Origin: the human T2T-CHM13v2.0 reference genome, Homo sapiens
Direction: 5' to 3' (one strand)
Assembly (NCBI RefSeq): GCF_009914755.1
Contig: NC_060944.1
DNA: 64,000 nt
Part shown: positions 38,001 through 53,000 of the stretch, piece after piece
How the letters are laid out: every line of letters begins with the position of its first letter
How positions within the stretch are numbered: position 1 is the stretch's first letter
Notes under the pieces: generated by a model
What the model was told of the DNA's origin: nothing
Database searches by the model: none
What the model saw: only the letters and a program-made list of their open reading frames with translations
Position numbers and translations under genes: made by a program

Positions 38001-41000
38001 GGGATGTTTCAATTGAAGTCCCAGTGTTGAACATTCCCTTTCATAGAGCAGGTTTGAAACACTCTTTTTGTAGTATCTGGAAGTGGACATTTGGAGCGCT
38101 TTCAGGTCTACGGTGAAAAAGGAGATATCTTCCAATAAAAACTAGATAGAAGCAATGTCAGAACTTTTTTCATGATGTATCTACTCAGCAAACAGAGTTG
38201 AACCTTTCTTTTGAGAGAGCAGTTTTGAAACACTCTTTTTGTGGAATATGCAAGTGGGTATTAGGCCGGCTTGGAGGATTTCGTTGGAAACGGGAATACG
38301 TATAAAAAGCAGACAGCAGCATTGTCAGAAACTACTTTGTGATGTTTGCATTCAAGTCACAGAATTGAACACTCCCTTTCACAGAGCAGGTTTGAAACAC
38401 TCTTTTTGTAGTGTCTGTAAGTGAACATTTGGATTGCTTTCAGGCCTAAGGTGAAAAAGGAAATATCTTCCCATAAAAACTAGACAGAAGCATTCTCAGA
38501 AACTTGTTTGTGATGTGTGCCCTCTACTGACAGAGTTGAACCTTTCTTTGCAAAGAGCAGTTTTGAAACACTCTTTTTGTAGAATCTGCAAGAGGATATT
38601 TGGATAGCTTTGAGGATTTCTTGGGAAACGGGAATGTCTTCAGATAAACTCTAGACAGAAGCATTCTCAGAAACTTCTTTGGGATGTTTCAATTGCAGTC
38701 ACAGTGTTGAACATTCCCTTTCACAGAGCAGGTTTGAAACACTCTTTTTGTAGTGTCTATAAGTGAACATTTGGCGTGCTTTCAGGCCTAACGTGAAAAA
38801 GGAAATATCTTCCCATAAAAACTAGACAGAAGCATTCTCAGAAACTTGTTCGTGATGTGTGCCCTCTACTGACAGAGTTGAACCTTTCTTTGCAAAGAGC
38901 AGCTTTGAAACACTCTTTTTGTAGAATCTGCAAGAGGATATTTGGATAGCTTTGAGGATTTCGTTGGAAACGGGTATGTCTCCAGATAAACTCTAGACAG
39001 AAGCATTCTCAGAAACTTCTTTGGGATGTTGCATTCAAGTCACAGAGTAGAACATTCCCATTCATAGAGCAGATTTGAAACACTCTTTTTGTAGTATCTG
39101 GAAGTGGACATTTGGAGCGCTTTCAGGCCTATGTTGAAAAAGGAAATAGCTTCCCATAAAAACTAGATGGAAGCATTCTCAGAAACTTACTTGTGATGTG
39201 TTTGCTCAACTAACAGAATTGAACCATCGTTTTGAAGGAGCAGTTTTGAAACACTGTTTTCGTGGAATCTGCAAGTGGATATTTGGCTAGCTTTGAGGAT
39301 TTCGTTGGAAACGGGATTACATATAAAAAGGAGACAGCAGCATTCTCAGAAACTTCTTTGTGATGTCTGCATTCAAGTCACAGGGTTGAGCATTCCCTTT
39401 CATAGAGCAGGTTGGAAACACTCTTTTTGTAGTATCTGGATGAGGACATTTGGAGCGCTTTCAGGCGTATGGTGAAAAAGGAAATATCTTCCCGTAAAAA
39501 CTAGACAGAAGCATTCTCAGAAATTTATTTGTGATGTGTGCCCTCAACTAACAGAGTTGAACCTTTCTTTTGATAGACCAGTTTTGAAACACTCTTTTTG
39601 TAAAATCTGCAAGAGGATATTTGGATAGCTTTGAGGATTTCGTTGCAAACGGGAATGGCTTCATATAAACTCTAGACAGAAGCATTCTCAGAAACTTCGT
39701 TGGGATGTTTCGATTGAAGTCCCAGTGTTGAACATTCCCTTTTATAGAGCAGGTTGGAAACACTCTTTCTGCATTCCCTGGAAGTGGACATTTGGAGCGC
39801 TTTCAGGACGACGGTGAAAATGGAAATATCTTCCAATAAAATCTAGATACAAGCAATGTCAGAAACTTTTATGTGATGGATCTACTCAGCTAACAGAGTT
39901 GAACCTTTCTTTTGAGAGAGCAGTTTTGCAACACTCTTTTTGTGGAATATGCAAGTGGATATTAGGGCAGCTTTGAGGATTTCGTTGGAAACGGGAATAC
40001 ATGTAAAAAGCAGACAGCAGCATTCTCAGAAACTTCTTTGTGATGTTTGCATTGAAGTCACAGAGTTGAACATTCCATTTGAGAGAGCAGGATTGAAACA
40101 CGCCTTTTGTCATATCTGGAAGTGTCCATTCGGAGCGCATTCAGGCTTGTGTTGAAAAAGGAAATATCCTCCCATAAAAACTAGACAGAAGCATTCTCAG
40201 AAACTTATTTGTGATGTATGTACTCAACTAACAGAACTAAACCATCGTTTTGAAGGAGCAGTTTTGAAACACTGTTTTTGCGGAATCTGCAAGTGGATAT
40301 TTGGCTAGCTGGGAGGATTTCGTTGGAAACGGGATTACATACAAAAAGCAGACAGCAGCATTCTCAGAAACTTCTTTGTGATGTTTGCATTCAAGTCACA
40401 GAGTTGAACATTCCCTTTCATAGAGCAGGTTTGAAACACTCTTTTTGTAGTATCTGGATGTGGACATTTGGATCGCTTTCAGGCCTATGGTGAAAAAGGA
40501 AATATCTTCCCATGAAAACTAGACAGAAGCATTCTCAGAAACTTATTTGTGATGTGTGCCCTCAACTGACAGTGTTGAACCTTTGTTTTGATAGAGCAGT
40601 TCTGAAACACACTTTTTGTAAAATCTGCAAGAGGATATTTGGATAGCTTTGAGGATTTCGTTGGAAACGGGAATGTCTTCATGTAAACTCTAGACAGAAG
40701 CATTCTCAGAAACTGCTTTGGGATGTTTCAATTGAAGTCCCAGTGTTGAACATTCCCTTTCATAGAGCAGGTTTGAAACACTCTTTTTGTAGTATCTGGA
40801 AGTGGACATTTGGAGCGCTTTCAGGTCTACGGTGAAAAAGGAGATATCTTCCAATAAAAACTAGATAGAAGCAATGTCAGAACTTTTTTCATGATGTATC
40901 TACTCAGCAAACAGAGTTGAACCTTTCTTTTGAGAGAGCAGTTTTGAAACACTCTTTTTGTGGAATATGCAAGTGGGTATTAGGCCGGCTTGGAGGATTT

Positions 41001-44000
41001 CGTTGGAAACGGGAATACGTATAAAAAGCAGACAGCAGCATTGTCAGAAACTACTTTGTGATGTTTGCATTCAAGTCACAGAATTGAACACTCCCTTTCA
41101 CAGAGCAGGTTTGAAACACTCTTTTTGTAGTGTCTGTAAGTGAACATTTGGATTGCTTTCAGGCCTAAGGTGAAAAAGGAAATATCTTCCCATAAAAACT
41201 AGACAGAAGCATTCTCAGAAACTTGTTTGTGATGTGTGCCCTCTACTGACAGAGTTGAACCTTTCTTTGCAAAGAGCAGTTTTGAAACACTCTTTTTGTA
41301 GAATCTGCAAGAGGATATTTGGATAGCTTTGAGGATTTCTTGGGAAACGGGAATGTCTTCAGATAAACTCTAGACAGAAGCATTCTCAGAAACTTCTTTG
41401 GGATGTTTCAATTGCAGTCACAGTGTTGAACATTCCCTTTCACAGAGCAGGTTTGAAACACTCTTTTTGTAGTGTCTATAAGTGAACATTTGGCGTGCTT
41501 TCAGGCCTAACGTGAAAAAGGAAATATCTTCCCATAAAAACTAGACAGAAGCATTCTCAGAAACTTGTTCGTGATGTGTGCCCTCTACTGACAGAGTTGA
41601 ACCTTTCTTTGCAAAGAGCAGCTTTGAAACACTCTTTTTGTAGAATCTGCAAGAGGATATTTGGATAGCTTTGAGGATTTCGTTGGAAACGGGTATGTCT
41701 CCAGATAAACTCTAGACAGAAGCATTCTCAGAAACTTCTTTGGGATGTTGCATTCAAGTCACAGAGTAGAACATTCCCATTCATAGAGCAGATTTGAAAC
41801 ACTCTTTTTGTAGTATCTGGAAGTGGACATTTGGAGCGCTTTCAGGCCTATGTTGAAAAAGGAAATAGCTTCCCATAAAAACTAGATGGAAGCATTCTCA
41901 GAAACTTACTTGTGATGTGTTTGCTCAACTAACAGAATTGAACCATCGTTTTGAAGGAGCAGTTTTGAAACACTGTTTTCTTGGAATCTGCAAGTGGATA
42001 TTTGGCTAGCTTTGAGGATTTCGTTGGAAACGGGATTACATATAAAAAGGAGACAGCAGCATTCTCAGAAACTTCTTTGTGATGTCTGCATTCAAGTCAC
42101 AGGGTTGAGCATTCCCTTTCATAGAGCAGGTTGGAAACACTCTTTTTGTAGTATCTGGATGAGGACATTTGGAGCGCTTTCAGGCGTATGGTGAAAAAGG
42201 AAATATCTTCCCGTAAAAACTAGACAGAAGCATTCTCAGAAATTTATTTGTGATGTGTGCCCTCAACTAACAGAGTTGAACCTTTCTTTTGATAGACCAG
42301 TTTTGAAACACTCTTTTTGTAAAATCTGCAAGAGGATATTTGGATAGCTTTGAGGATTTCGTTGCAAACGGGAATGGCTTCATATAAACTCTAGACAGAA
42401 GCATTCTCAGAAACTTCGTTGGGATGTTTCGATTGAAGTCCCAGTGTTGAACATTCCCTTTTATAGAGCAGGTTGGAAACACTCTTTCTGCATTCCCTGG
42501 AAGTGGACATTTGGAGCGCTTTCAGGACGACGGTGAAAATGGAAATATCTTCCAATAAAATCTAGATACAAGCAATGTCAGAAACTTTTATGTGATGGAT
42601 CTACTCAGCTAACAGAGTTGAACCTTTCTTTTGAGAGAGCAGTTTTGCAACACTCTTTTTGTGGAATATGCAAGTGGATATTAGGGCAGCTTTGAGGATT
42701 TCGTTGGAAACGGGAATACATGTAAAAAGCAGACAGCAGCATTCTCAGAAACTTCTTTGTGATGTTTGCATTGAAGTCACAGAGTTGAACATTCCATTTG
42801 AGAGAGCAGGATTGAAACACGCCTTTTGTCATATCTGGAAGTGTCCATTCGGAGCGCATTCAGGCTTGTGTTGAAAAAGGAAATATCCTCCCATAAAAAC
42901 TAGACAGAAGCATTCTCAGAAACTTATTTGTGATGTATGTACTCAACTAACAGAACTAAACCATCGTTTTGAAGGAGCAGTTTTGAAACACTGTTTTTGC
43001 GGAATCTGCAAGTGGATATTTGGCTAGCTGGGAGGATTTCGTTGGAAACGGGATTACATACAAAAAGCAGACAGCAGCATTCTCAGAAACTTCTTTGTGA
43101 TGTTTGCATTCAAGTCACAGAGTTGAACATTCCCTTTCATAGAGCAGGTTTGAAACACTCTTTTTGTAGTATCTGGATGTGGACATTTGGATCGCTTTCA
43201 GGCCTATGGTGAAAAAGGAAATATCTTCCCATGAAAACTAGACAGAAGCATTCTCAGAAACTTATTTGTGATGTGTGCCCTCAACTGACAGTGTTGAACC
43301 TTTGTTTTGATAGAGCAGTTCTGAAACACACTTTTTGTAAAATCTGCAAGAGGATATTTGGATAGCTTTGAGGATTTCGTTGGAAACGGGAATGTCTTCA
43401 TGTAAACTCTAGACAGAAGCATTCTCAGAAACTGCTTTGGGATGTTTCAATTGAAGTCCCAGTGTTGAACATTCCCTTTCATAGAGCAGGTTTGAAACAC
43501 TCTTTTTGTAGTATCTGGAAGTGGACATTTGGAGCGCTTTCAGGTCTACGGTGAAAAAGGAGATATCTTCCAATAAAAACTAGATAGAAGCAATGTCAGA
43601 ACTTTTTTCATGATGTATCTACTCAGCAAACAGAGTTGAACCTTTCTTTTGAGAGAGCAGTTTTGAAACACTCTTTTTGTGGAATATGCAAGTGGGTATT
43701 AGGCCGGCTTGGAGGATTTCGTTGGAAACGGGAATACGTATAAAAAGCAGACAGCAGCATTGTCAGAAACTACTTTGTGATGTTTGCATTCAAGTCACAG
43801 AATTGAACACTCCCTTTCACAGAGCAGGTTTGAAACACTCTTTTTGTAGTGTCTGTAAGTGAACATTTGGATTGCTTTCAGGCCTAAGGTGAAAAAGGAA
43901 ATATCTTCCCATAAAAACTAGACAGAAGCATTCTCAGAAACTTGTTTGTGATGTGTGCCCTCTACTGACAGAGTTGAACCTTTCTTTGCAAAGAGCAGTT

Positions 44001-47000
44001 TTGAAACACTCTTTTTGTAGAATCTGCAAGAGGATATTTGGATAGCTTTGAGGATTTCTTGGGAAACGGGAATGTCTTCAGATAAACTCTAGACAGAAGC
44101 ATTCTCAGAAACTTCTTTGGGATGTTTCAATTGCAGTCACAGTGTTGAACATTCCCTTTCACAGAGCAGGTTTGAAACACTCTTTTTGTAGTGTCTATAA
44201 GTGAACATTTGGCGTGCTTTCAGGCCTAACGTGAAAAAGGAAATATCTTCCCATAAAAACTAGACAGAAGCATTCTCAGAAACTTGTTCGTGATGTGTGC
44301 CCTCTACTGACAGAGTTGAACCTTTCTTTGCAAAGAGCAGCTTTGAAACACTCTTTTTGTAGAATCTGCAAGAGGATATTTGGATAGCTTTGAGGATTTC
44401 GTTGGAAACGGGTATGTCTCCAGATAAACTCTAGACAGAAGCATTCTCAGAAACTTCTTTGGGATGTTGCATTCAAGTCACAGAGTAGAACATTCCCATT
44501 CATAGAGCAGATTTGAAACACTCTTTTTGTAGTATCTGGAAGTGGACATTTGGAGCGCTTTCAGGCCTATGTTGAAAAAGGAAATAGCTTCCCATAAAAA
44601 CTAGATGGAAGCATTCTCAGAAACTTACTTGTGATGTGTTTGCTCAACTAACAGAATTGAACCATCGTTTTGAAGGAGCAGTTTTGAAACACTGTTTTCG
44701 TGGAATCTGCAAGTGGATATTTGGCTAGCTTTGAGGATTTCGTTGGAAACGGGATTACATATAAAAAGGAGACAGCAGCATTCTCAGAAACTTCTTTGTG
44801 ATGTCTGCATTCAAGTCACAGGGTTGAGCATTCCCTTTCATAGAGCAGGTTGGAAACACTCTTTTTGTAGTATCTGGATGAGGACATTTGGAGCGCTTTC
44901 AGGCGTATGGTGAAAAAGGAAATATCTTCCCGTAAAAACTAGACAGAAGCATTCTCAGAAATTTATTTGTGATGTGTGCCCTCAACTAACAGAGTTGAAC
45001 CTTTCTTTTGATAGACCAGTTTTGAAACACTCTTTTTGTAAAATCTGCAAGAGGATATTTGGATAGCTTTGAGGATTTCGTTGCAAACGGGAATGGCTTC
45101 ATATAAACTCTAGACAGAAGCATTCTCAGAAACTTCGTTGGGATGTTTCGATTGAAGTCCCAGTGTTGAACATTCCCTTTTATAGAGCAGGTTGGAAACA
45201 CTCTTTCTGCATTCCCTGGAAGTGGACATTTGGAGCGCTTTCAGGACGACGGTGAAAATGGAAATATCTTCCAATAAAATCTAGATACAAGCAATGTCAG
45301 AAACTTTTATGTGATGGATCTACTCAGCTAACAGAGTTGAACCTTTCTTTTGAGAGAGCAGTTTTGCAACACTCTTTTTGTGGAATATGCAAGTGGATAT
45401 TAGGGCAGCTTTGAGGATTTCGTTGGAAACGGGAATACATGTAAAAAGCAGACAGCAGCATTCTCAGAAACTTCTTTGTGATGTTTGCATTGAAGTCACA
45501 GAGTTGAACATTCCATTTGAGAGAGCAGGATTGAAACACGCCTTTTGTCATATCTGGAAGTGTCCATTCGGAGCGCATTCAGGCTTGTGTTGAAAAAGGA
45601 AATATCCTCCCATAAAAACTAGACAGAAGCATTCTCAGAAACTTATTTGTGATGTATGTACTCAACTAACAGAACTAAACCATCGTTTTGAAGGAGCAGT
45701 TTTGAAACACTGTTTTTGCGGAATCTGCAAGTGGATATTTGGCTAGCTGGGAGGATTTCGTTGGAAACGGGATTACATACAAAAAGCAGACAGCAGCATT
45801 CTCAGAAACTTCTTTGTGATGTTTGCATTCAAGTCACAGAGTTGAACATTCCCTTTCATAGAGCAGGTTTGAAACACTCTTTTTGTAGTATCTGGATGTG
45901 GACATTTGGATCGCTTTCAGGCCTATGGTGAAAAAGGAAATATCTTCCCATGAAAACTAGACAGAAGCATTCTCAGAAACTTATTTGTGATGTGTGCCCT
46001 CAACTGACAGTGTTGAACCTTTGTTTTGATAGAGCAGTTCTGAAACACACTTTTTGTAAAATCTGCAAGAGGATATTTGGATAGCTTTGAGGATTTCGTT
46101 GGAAACGGGAATGTCTTCATGTAAACTCTAGACAGAAGCATTCTCAGAAACTGCTTTGGGATGTTTCAATTGAAGTCCCAGTGTTGAACATTCCCTTTCA
46201 TAGAGCAGGTTTGAAACACTCTTTTTGTAGTATCTGGAAGTGGACATTTGGAGCGCTTTCAGGTCTACGGTGAAAAAGGAGATATCTTCCAATAAAAACT
46301 AGATAGAAGCAATGTCAGAACTTTTTTCATGATGTATCTACTCAGCAAACAGAGTTGAACCTTTCTTTTGAGAGAGCAGTTTTGAAACACTCTTTTTGTG
46401 GAATATGCAAGTGGGTATTAGGCCGGCTTGGAGGATTTCGTTGGAAACGGGAATACGTATAAAAAGCAGACAGCAGCATTGTCAGAAACTACTTTGTGAT
46501 GTTTGCATTCAAGTCACAGAATTGAACACTCCCTTTCACAGAGCAGGTTTGAAACACTCTTTTTGTAGTGTCTGTAAGTGAACATTTGGATTGCTTTCAG
46601 GCCTAAGGTGAAAAAGGAAATATCTTCCCATAAAAACTAGACAGAAGCATTCTCAGAAACTTGTTTGTGATGTGTGCCCTCTACTGACAGAGTTGAACCT
46701 TTCTTTGCAAAGAGCAGTTTTGAAACACTCTTTTTGTAGAATCTGCAAGAGGATATTTGGATAGCTTTGAGGATTTCTTGGGAAACGGGAATGTCTTCAG
46801 ATAAACTCTAGACAGAAGCATTCTCAGAAACTTCTTTGGGATGTTTCAATGGAAGTCACAGTGTTGAACATTCCCTTTCACAGAGCAGGTTTGAAACACT
46901 CTTTTTGTAGTGTCTATAAGTGAACATTTGGCGTGCTTTCAGGCCTAACGTGAAAAAGGAAATATCTTCCCATAAAAACTAGACAGAAGCATTCTCAGAA

Positions 47001-50000
47001 ACTTGTTCGTGATGTGTGCCCTCTACTGACAGAGTTGAACCTTTCTTTGCAAAGAGCAGCTTTGAAACACTCTTTTTGTAGAATCTGCAAGAGGATATTT
47101 GGATAGCTTTGAGGATTTCGTTGGAAACGGGTATGTCTCCAGATAAACTCTAGACAGAAGCATTCTCAGAAACTTCTTTGGGATGTTGCATTCAAGTCAC
47201 AGAGTAGAACATTCCCATTCATAGAGCAGATTTGAAACACTCTTTTTGTAGTATCTGGAAGTGGACATTTGGAGCGCTTTCAGGCCTATGTTGAAAAAGG
47301 AAATAGCTTCCCATAAAAACTAGATGGAAGCATTCTCAGAAACTTACTTGTGATGTGTTTGCTCAACTAACAGAATTGAACCATCGTTTTGAAGGAGCAG
47401 TTTTGAAACACTGTTTTCGTGGAATCTGCAAGTGGATATTTGGCTAGCTTTGAGGATTTCGTTGGAAACGGGATTACATATAAAAAGGAGACAGCAGCAT
47501 TCTCAGAAACTTCTTTGTGATGTCTGCATTCAAGTCACAGGGTTGAGCATTCCCTTTCATAGAGCAGGTTGGAAACACTCTTTTTGTAGTATCTGGATGA
47601 GGACATTTGGAGCGCTTTCAGGCGTATGGTGAAAAAGGAAATATCTTCCCGTAAAAACTAGACAGAAGCATTCTCAGAAATTTATTTGTGATGTGTGCCC
47701 TCAACTAACAGAGTTGAACCTTTCTTTTGATAGACCAGTTTTGAAACACTCTTTTTGTAAAATCTGCAAGAGGATATTTGGATAGCTTTGAGGATTTCGT
47801 TGCAAACGGGAATGGCTTCATATAAACTCTAGACAGAAGCATTCTCAGAAACTTCGTTGGGATGTTTCGATTGAAGTCCCAGTGTTGAACATTCCCTTTT
47901 ATAGAGCAGGTTGGAAACACTCTTTCTGCATTCCCTGGAAGTGGACATTTGGAGCGCTTTCAGGACGACGGTGAAAATGGAAATATCTTCCAATAAAATC
48001 TAGATAGAAGCAACGTCAGAAACTTTTATGTGATGGATCTACTCAGCTAACAGAGTTGAACCTTTCTTTTGAGAGAGCAGTTTTGCAACACTCTTTTTGT
48101 GGAATATGCAAGTGGATATTAGGGCAGCTTTGAGGATTTCGTTGGAAACGGGAATACATGTAAAAAGCAGACAGCAGCATTCTCAGAAACTTCTTTGTGA
48201 TGTTTGCATTGAAGTCACAGAGTTGAACATTCCCTTTGAGAGAGCAGGTTTGAAACACGCCTTTTGTCATATCTGGAAGTGTCCATTCGGAGCGCATTCA
48301 GGCTTGTGTTGAAAAAGGAAATATCCTCCCATAAAAACTAGACAGAAGCATTCTCAGAAACTTATCTGTGATGTATGTACTCAACTAACAGAACTAAACC
48401 ATCGTTTTGAAGGAGCAGTTTTGAAACACTCTTTTTGCGGAATCTGCAAGTGGATATTTGGCTAGCTGGGAGGATTTCGTTGGAAACGGGATTACATACG
48501 AAAAGCAGACAGCAGCGTTCTCAGAAACTTCTTTGTGATGTTTGCATTCAAGTCACAGAGTTGAACATTCCCTTTCATAGAGCAGGTTTGAAACACTCTT
48601 TTTGTAGTATCTGGATGTGGACATTTGGATCGCTTTCAGGCCTATGGTGAAAAAGGAAATATCTTCCCATGAAAACTAGACAGAAGCATTCTCAGAAACT
48701 TATTTGTGATGTGTGCCCTCAACTGACAGTGTTGAACCTTTGTTTTGATAGAGCAGTTCTGAAACACACTTTTTGTAATATCTGCAAGAGGATATTTGGA
48801 TAGCTTTGAGGATTTCGTTGGAAACGGGAATGTCTTCATGTAAACTCTAGACAGAAGCATTCTCAGAAACTGCTTTGGGATGTTTCAATTGAAGTCCCAG
48901 TGTTGAACATTCCCTTTCATAGAGCAGGTTTGAAACACTCTTTTTGTACTATCTGGAAGTGGACATTTGGAGCGCTTTCAGGTCTACGGTGAAAAAGGAG
49001 ATATCTTCCAATAAAAACTAGATAGAAGCAATGTCAGAACTTTTTTCATGATGTATCTACTCAGCAAACAGAGTTGAACCTTTCTTTTGAGAGAGCAGTT
49101 TTGAAACACTCTTTTTGTGGAATATGCAAGTGGGTATTAGGCCAGCTTGGAGGATTTCGTTGGAAACGGGAATACGTATAAAAAGCAGACAGCAGCATTG
49201 TCAGAAACTACTTTGTGATGTTTGCATTCAAGTCACAGAATTGAACACTCCCTTTCACAGAGCAGGTTTGAAACACTCTTTTTGTAGTGTCTGTAAGTGA
49301 ACATTTGGATTGCTTTCAGGCCTAAGGTGAAAAAGGAAATATCTTCCCATAAAAACTAGACAGAAGCATTCTCAGAAACTTGTTTGTGATGTGTGCCCTC
49401 TACTGACAGAGTTGAACCTTTCTTTGCAAAGAGCAGTTTTGAAACACTCTTTTTGTAGAATCTGCAAGAGGATATTTGGATAGCTTTGAGGATTTCTTGG
49501 GAAACGGGAATGTCTTCAGATAAACTCTAGACAGAAGCATTCTCAGAAACTTCTTTGGGATGTTTCAATGGAAGTCACAGTGTTGAACATTCCCTTTCAC
49601 AGAGCAGGTTTGAAACACTCTTTTTGTAGTGTCTATAAGTGAACATTTGGCGTGCTTTCAGGCCTAACGTGAAAAAGGAAATATCTTCCCATAAAAACTA
49701 GACAGAAGCATTCTCAGAAACTTGTTCGTGATGTGTGCCCTCTACTGACAGAGTTGAACCTTTCTTTGCAAAGAGCAGCTTTGAAACACTCTTTTTGTAG
49801 AATCTGCAAGAGGATATTTGGATAGCTTTGAGGATTTCGTTGGAAACGGGTATGTCTTCAGATAAACTCTAGACAGAAGCATTCTCAGAAACTTCTTTGG
49901 GATGTTGCATTCAAGTCACAGAGTAGAACATTCCCATTCATAGAGCAGATTTGAAACACTCTTTTTGTAGTATCTGGAAGTGAACATTTGGAGCGCTTTC

Positions 50001-53000
50001 AGGCCTATGTTGAAAAAGGAAATATCTTTCCATAAAAACTAGACCGAAGCATTCTCAGAAACTTATTTGTGATGTGTTTGCTCAACTAACAGGATTGAAC
50101 CATCGTTTTGAAGGAGCAGTTTTGAAACACTGTTTTCATGGAATCTGCAAGTGGATATTTGGCTAGCTTTGAGGATTTCGTTGGAAACGGGATTACATAT
50201 AAAAAGGAGACAGCAGCATTCTCAGAAACTTCTTTGTGATGTCTGCATTCAATTCACAGAGTTGAGCATTCCCTTTCATAGAGCAGGTTGGAAACACTCT
50301 TTTTGTAGTATCTGGATGAGGACATTTGGAGCGCTTTCAGGCGTATGGTGAAAAAGGAAATATCTTCCCGTAAAAACTAGACAGAAGCATTCTCAGAAGT
50401 TTATTTGTGATGTGTGCCCTCAACTAACAGAGTTGAACCTTTCTTTTGATAGAGCAGTTTTGAAACACTCTTTTTGTAAAATCTGCAAGAGGATATTTGG
50501 ATAGCTTTGAGGATTTCGTTGCAAACGGGAATGGCTTCATATAAACTCTAGACAGAAGCATTCTCAGAAACTTCGTTGGGATGTTTCGATTGAAGTCCCA
50601 GTGTTGAACATTCCCTTTTATAGAGCAGGTTGGAAACACTCTTTCTGCATTCCCTGGAAGTGGACATTTGGAGCGCTTTCAGGACGACGGTGAAAATGGA
50701 AATATCTTCCAATAAAATCTAGATAGAAACAACGTCAGAAACTTTTATGTGATGGATCTACTCAGCTAACAGAGTTGAACCTTTCTTTTGAGAGAGCAGT
50801 TTTGCAACTCTCTTTTTGTGGAATATGCAAGTGGATATTAGGGCAGCTTTGAGGATTTCGTTGGAAACGGGAATACATGTAAAAAGCAGACAGCAGCATT
50901 CTCAGAAACTTCTTTGTGATGTTTGCATTGAAGTCACAGAGTTGAACATTCCCTTTGAGAGAGCAGGTTTGAAACACGCCTTTTGTCATATCTGGAAGTG
51001 TCCATTCGGAGCGCATTCAGGCTTGTGTTGAAAAAGGAAATATCCTCCCATAAAAACTAGACAGAAGCATTCTCAGAAACTTATCTGTGATGTATGTACT
51101 CAACTAACAGAACTAAACCATCGTTTTGAAGGAGCAGTTTTGAAACACTCTTTTTGCGGAATCTGCAAGTGGATATTTGGCTAGCTGGGAGGATTTCGTT
51201 GGAAACGGGATTACATACAAAAAGCAGACAGCAGCATTCTCAGAAACTTCTTTGTGATGTTTGCATTCAAGTCACAGAGTTGAACATTCCCTTTCATAGA
51301 GCAGGTTTGAAACACTCTTTTTGTAGTATCTGGATGTGGACATTTGGATCGCTTTCAGGCCTATGGTGAAAAAGGAAATATCTTCCCATGAAAACTAGAC
51401 AGAAGCATTCTCAGAAACTTATTTGTGATGTGTGCCCTCAACTGACAGTGTTGAACCTTTGTTTTGATAGAGCAGTTCTGAAACACACTTTTTGTAAAAT
51501 CTGCAAGAGGATATTTGGATAGCTTTGAGGATTTCGTTGGAAACGGGAATGTCTTCATGTAAACTCTAGACAGAAGCATTCTCAGAAACTGCTTTGGGAT
51601 GTTTCAATTGAAGTCCCAGTGTTGAACATTCCCTTTCATAGAGCAGGTTTGAAACACTCTTTTTGTACTATCTGGAAGTGGACATTTGGAGCGCTTTCAG
51701 GTCTACGGTGAAAAAGGAGATATCTTCCAATAAAAACTAGATAGAAGCAATGTCAGAACTTTTTTCATGATGTATCTACTCAGCAAACAGAGTTGAACCT
51801 TTCTTTTGAGAGAGCAGTTTTGAAACACTCTTTTTGTGGAATATGCAAGTGGGTATTAGGCCAGCTTGGAGGATTTCGTTGGAAACGGGAATACGAATAA
51901 AAAGCAGACAGCAGCATTGTCAGAAACTACTTTGTGATGTTTGCATTCAAGTCACAGAATTGAACACTCCCTTTCACAGAGCAGGTTTGAAACACTCTTT
52001 TTGTAGTGTCTGTAAGTGAACATTTGGATTGCTTTCAGGCCTAAGGTGAAAAAGGAAATATCTTCCCATAAAAACTAGACAGAAGCATTCTCAGAAACTT
52101 GTTTGTGATGTGTGCCCTCTACTGACAGAGTTGAACCGTTCTTTGCAAAGAGCAGTTTTGAAACACTCTTTTTGTAGAATCTGCAAGAGGATATTTGGAT
52201 AGCTTTGAGGATTTCTTGGGAAACGGGAATGTCTTCAGATAAACTCTAGACAGAAGCATTCTCAGAAACTTCTTTGGGATGTTTCAATGGAAGTCACAGT
52301 GTTGAACATTCCCTTTCACAGAGCAGGTTTGAAACACTCTTTTTGTAGTGTCTATAAGTGAACATTTGGCGTGCTTTCAGGCCTAACGTGAAAAAGGAAA
52401 TATCTTCCCATAAAAACTAGACAGAAGCATTCTCAGAAACTTGTTCGTGATGTGTGCCCTCTACTGACAGAGTTGAACCTTTCTTTGCAAAGAGCAGCTT
52501 TGAAACACTCTTTTTGTAGAATCTGCAAGAGGATATTTGGATAGCTTTGAGGATTTCGTTGGAAACGGGTATGTCTTCAGATAAACTCTAGACAGAAGCA
52601 TTCTCAGAAACTTCTTTGGGATGTTGCATTCAAGTCACAGAGTAGAACATTCCCATTCATAGAGCAGATTTGAAACACTCTTTTTGTAGTATCTGGAAGT
52701 GAACATTTGGAGCGCTTTCAGGCCTATGTTGAAAAAGGAAATATCTTTCCATAAAAACTAGACCGAAGCATTCTCAGAAACTTATTTGTGATGTGTTTGC
52801 TCAACTAACAGGATTGAACCATCGTTTTGAAGGAGCAGTTTTGAAACACTGTTTTCATGGAATCTGCAAGTGGATATTTGGCTAGCTTTGAGGATTTCGT
52901 TGGAAACGGGATTACATATAAAAAGGAGACAGCAGCATTCTCAGAAACTTCTTTGTGATGTCTGCATTCAATTCACAGAGTTGAGCATTCCCTTTCATAG

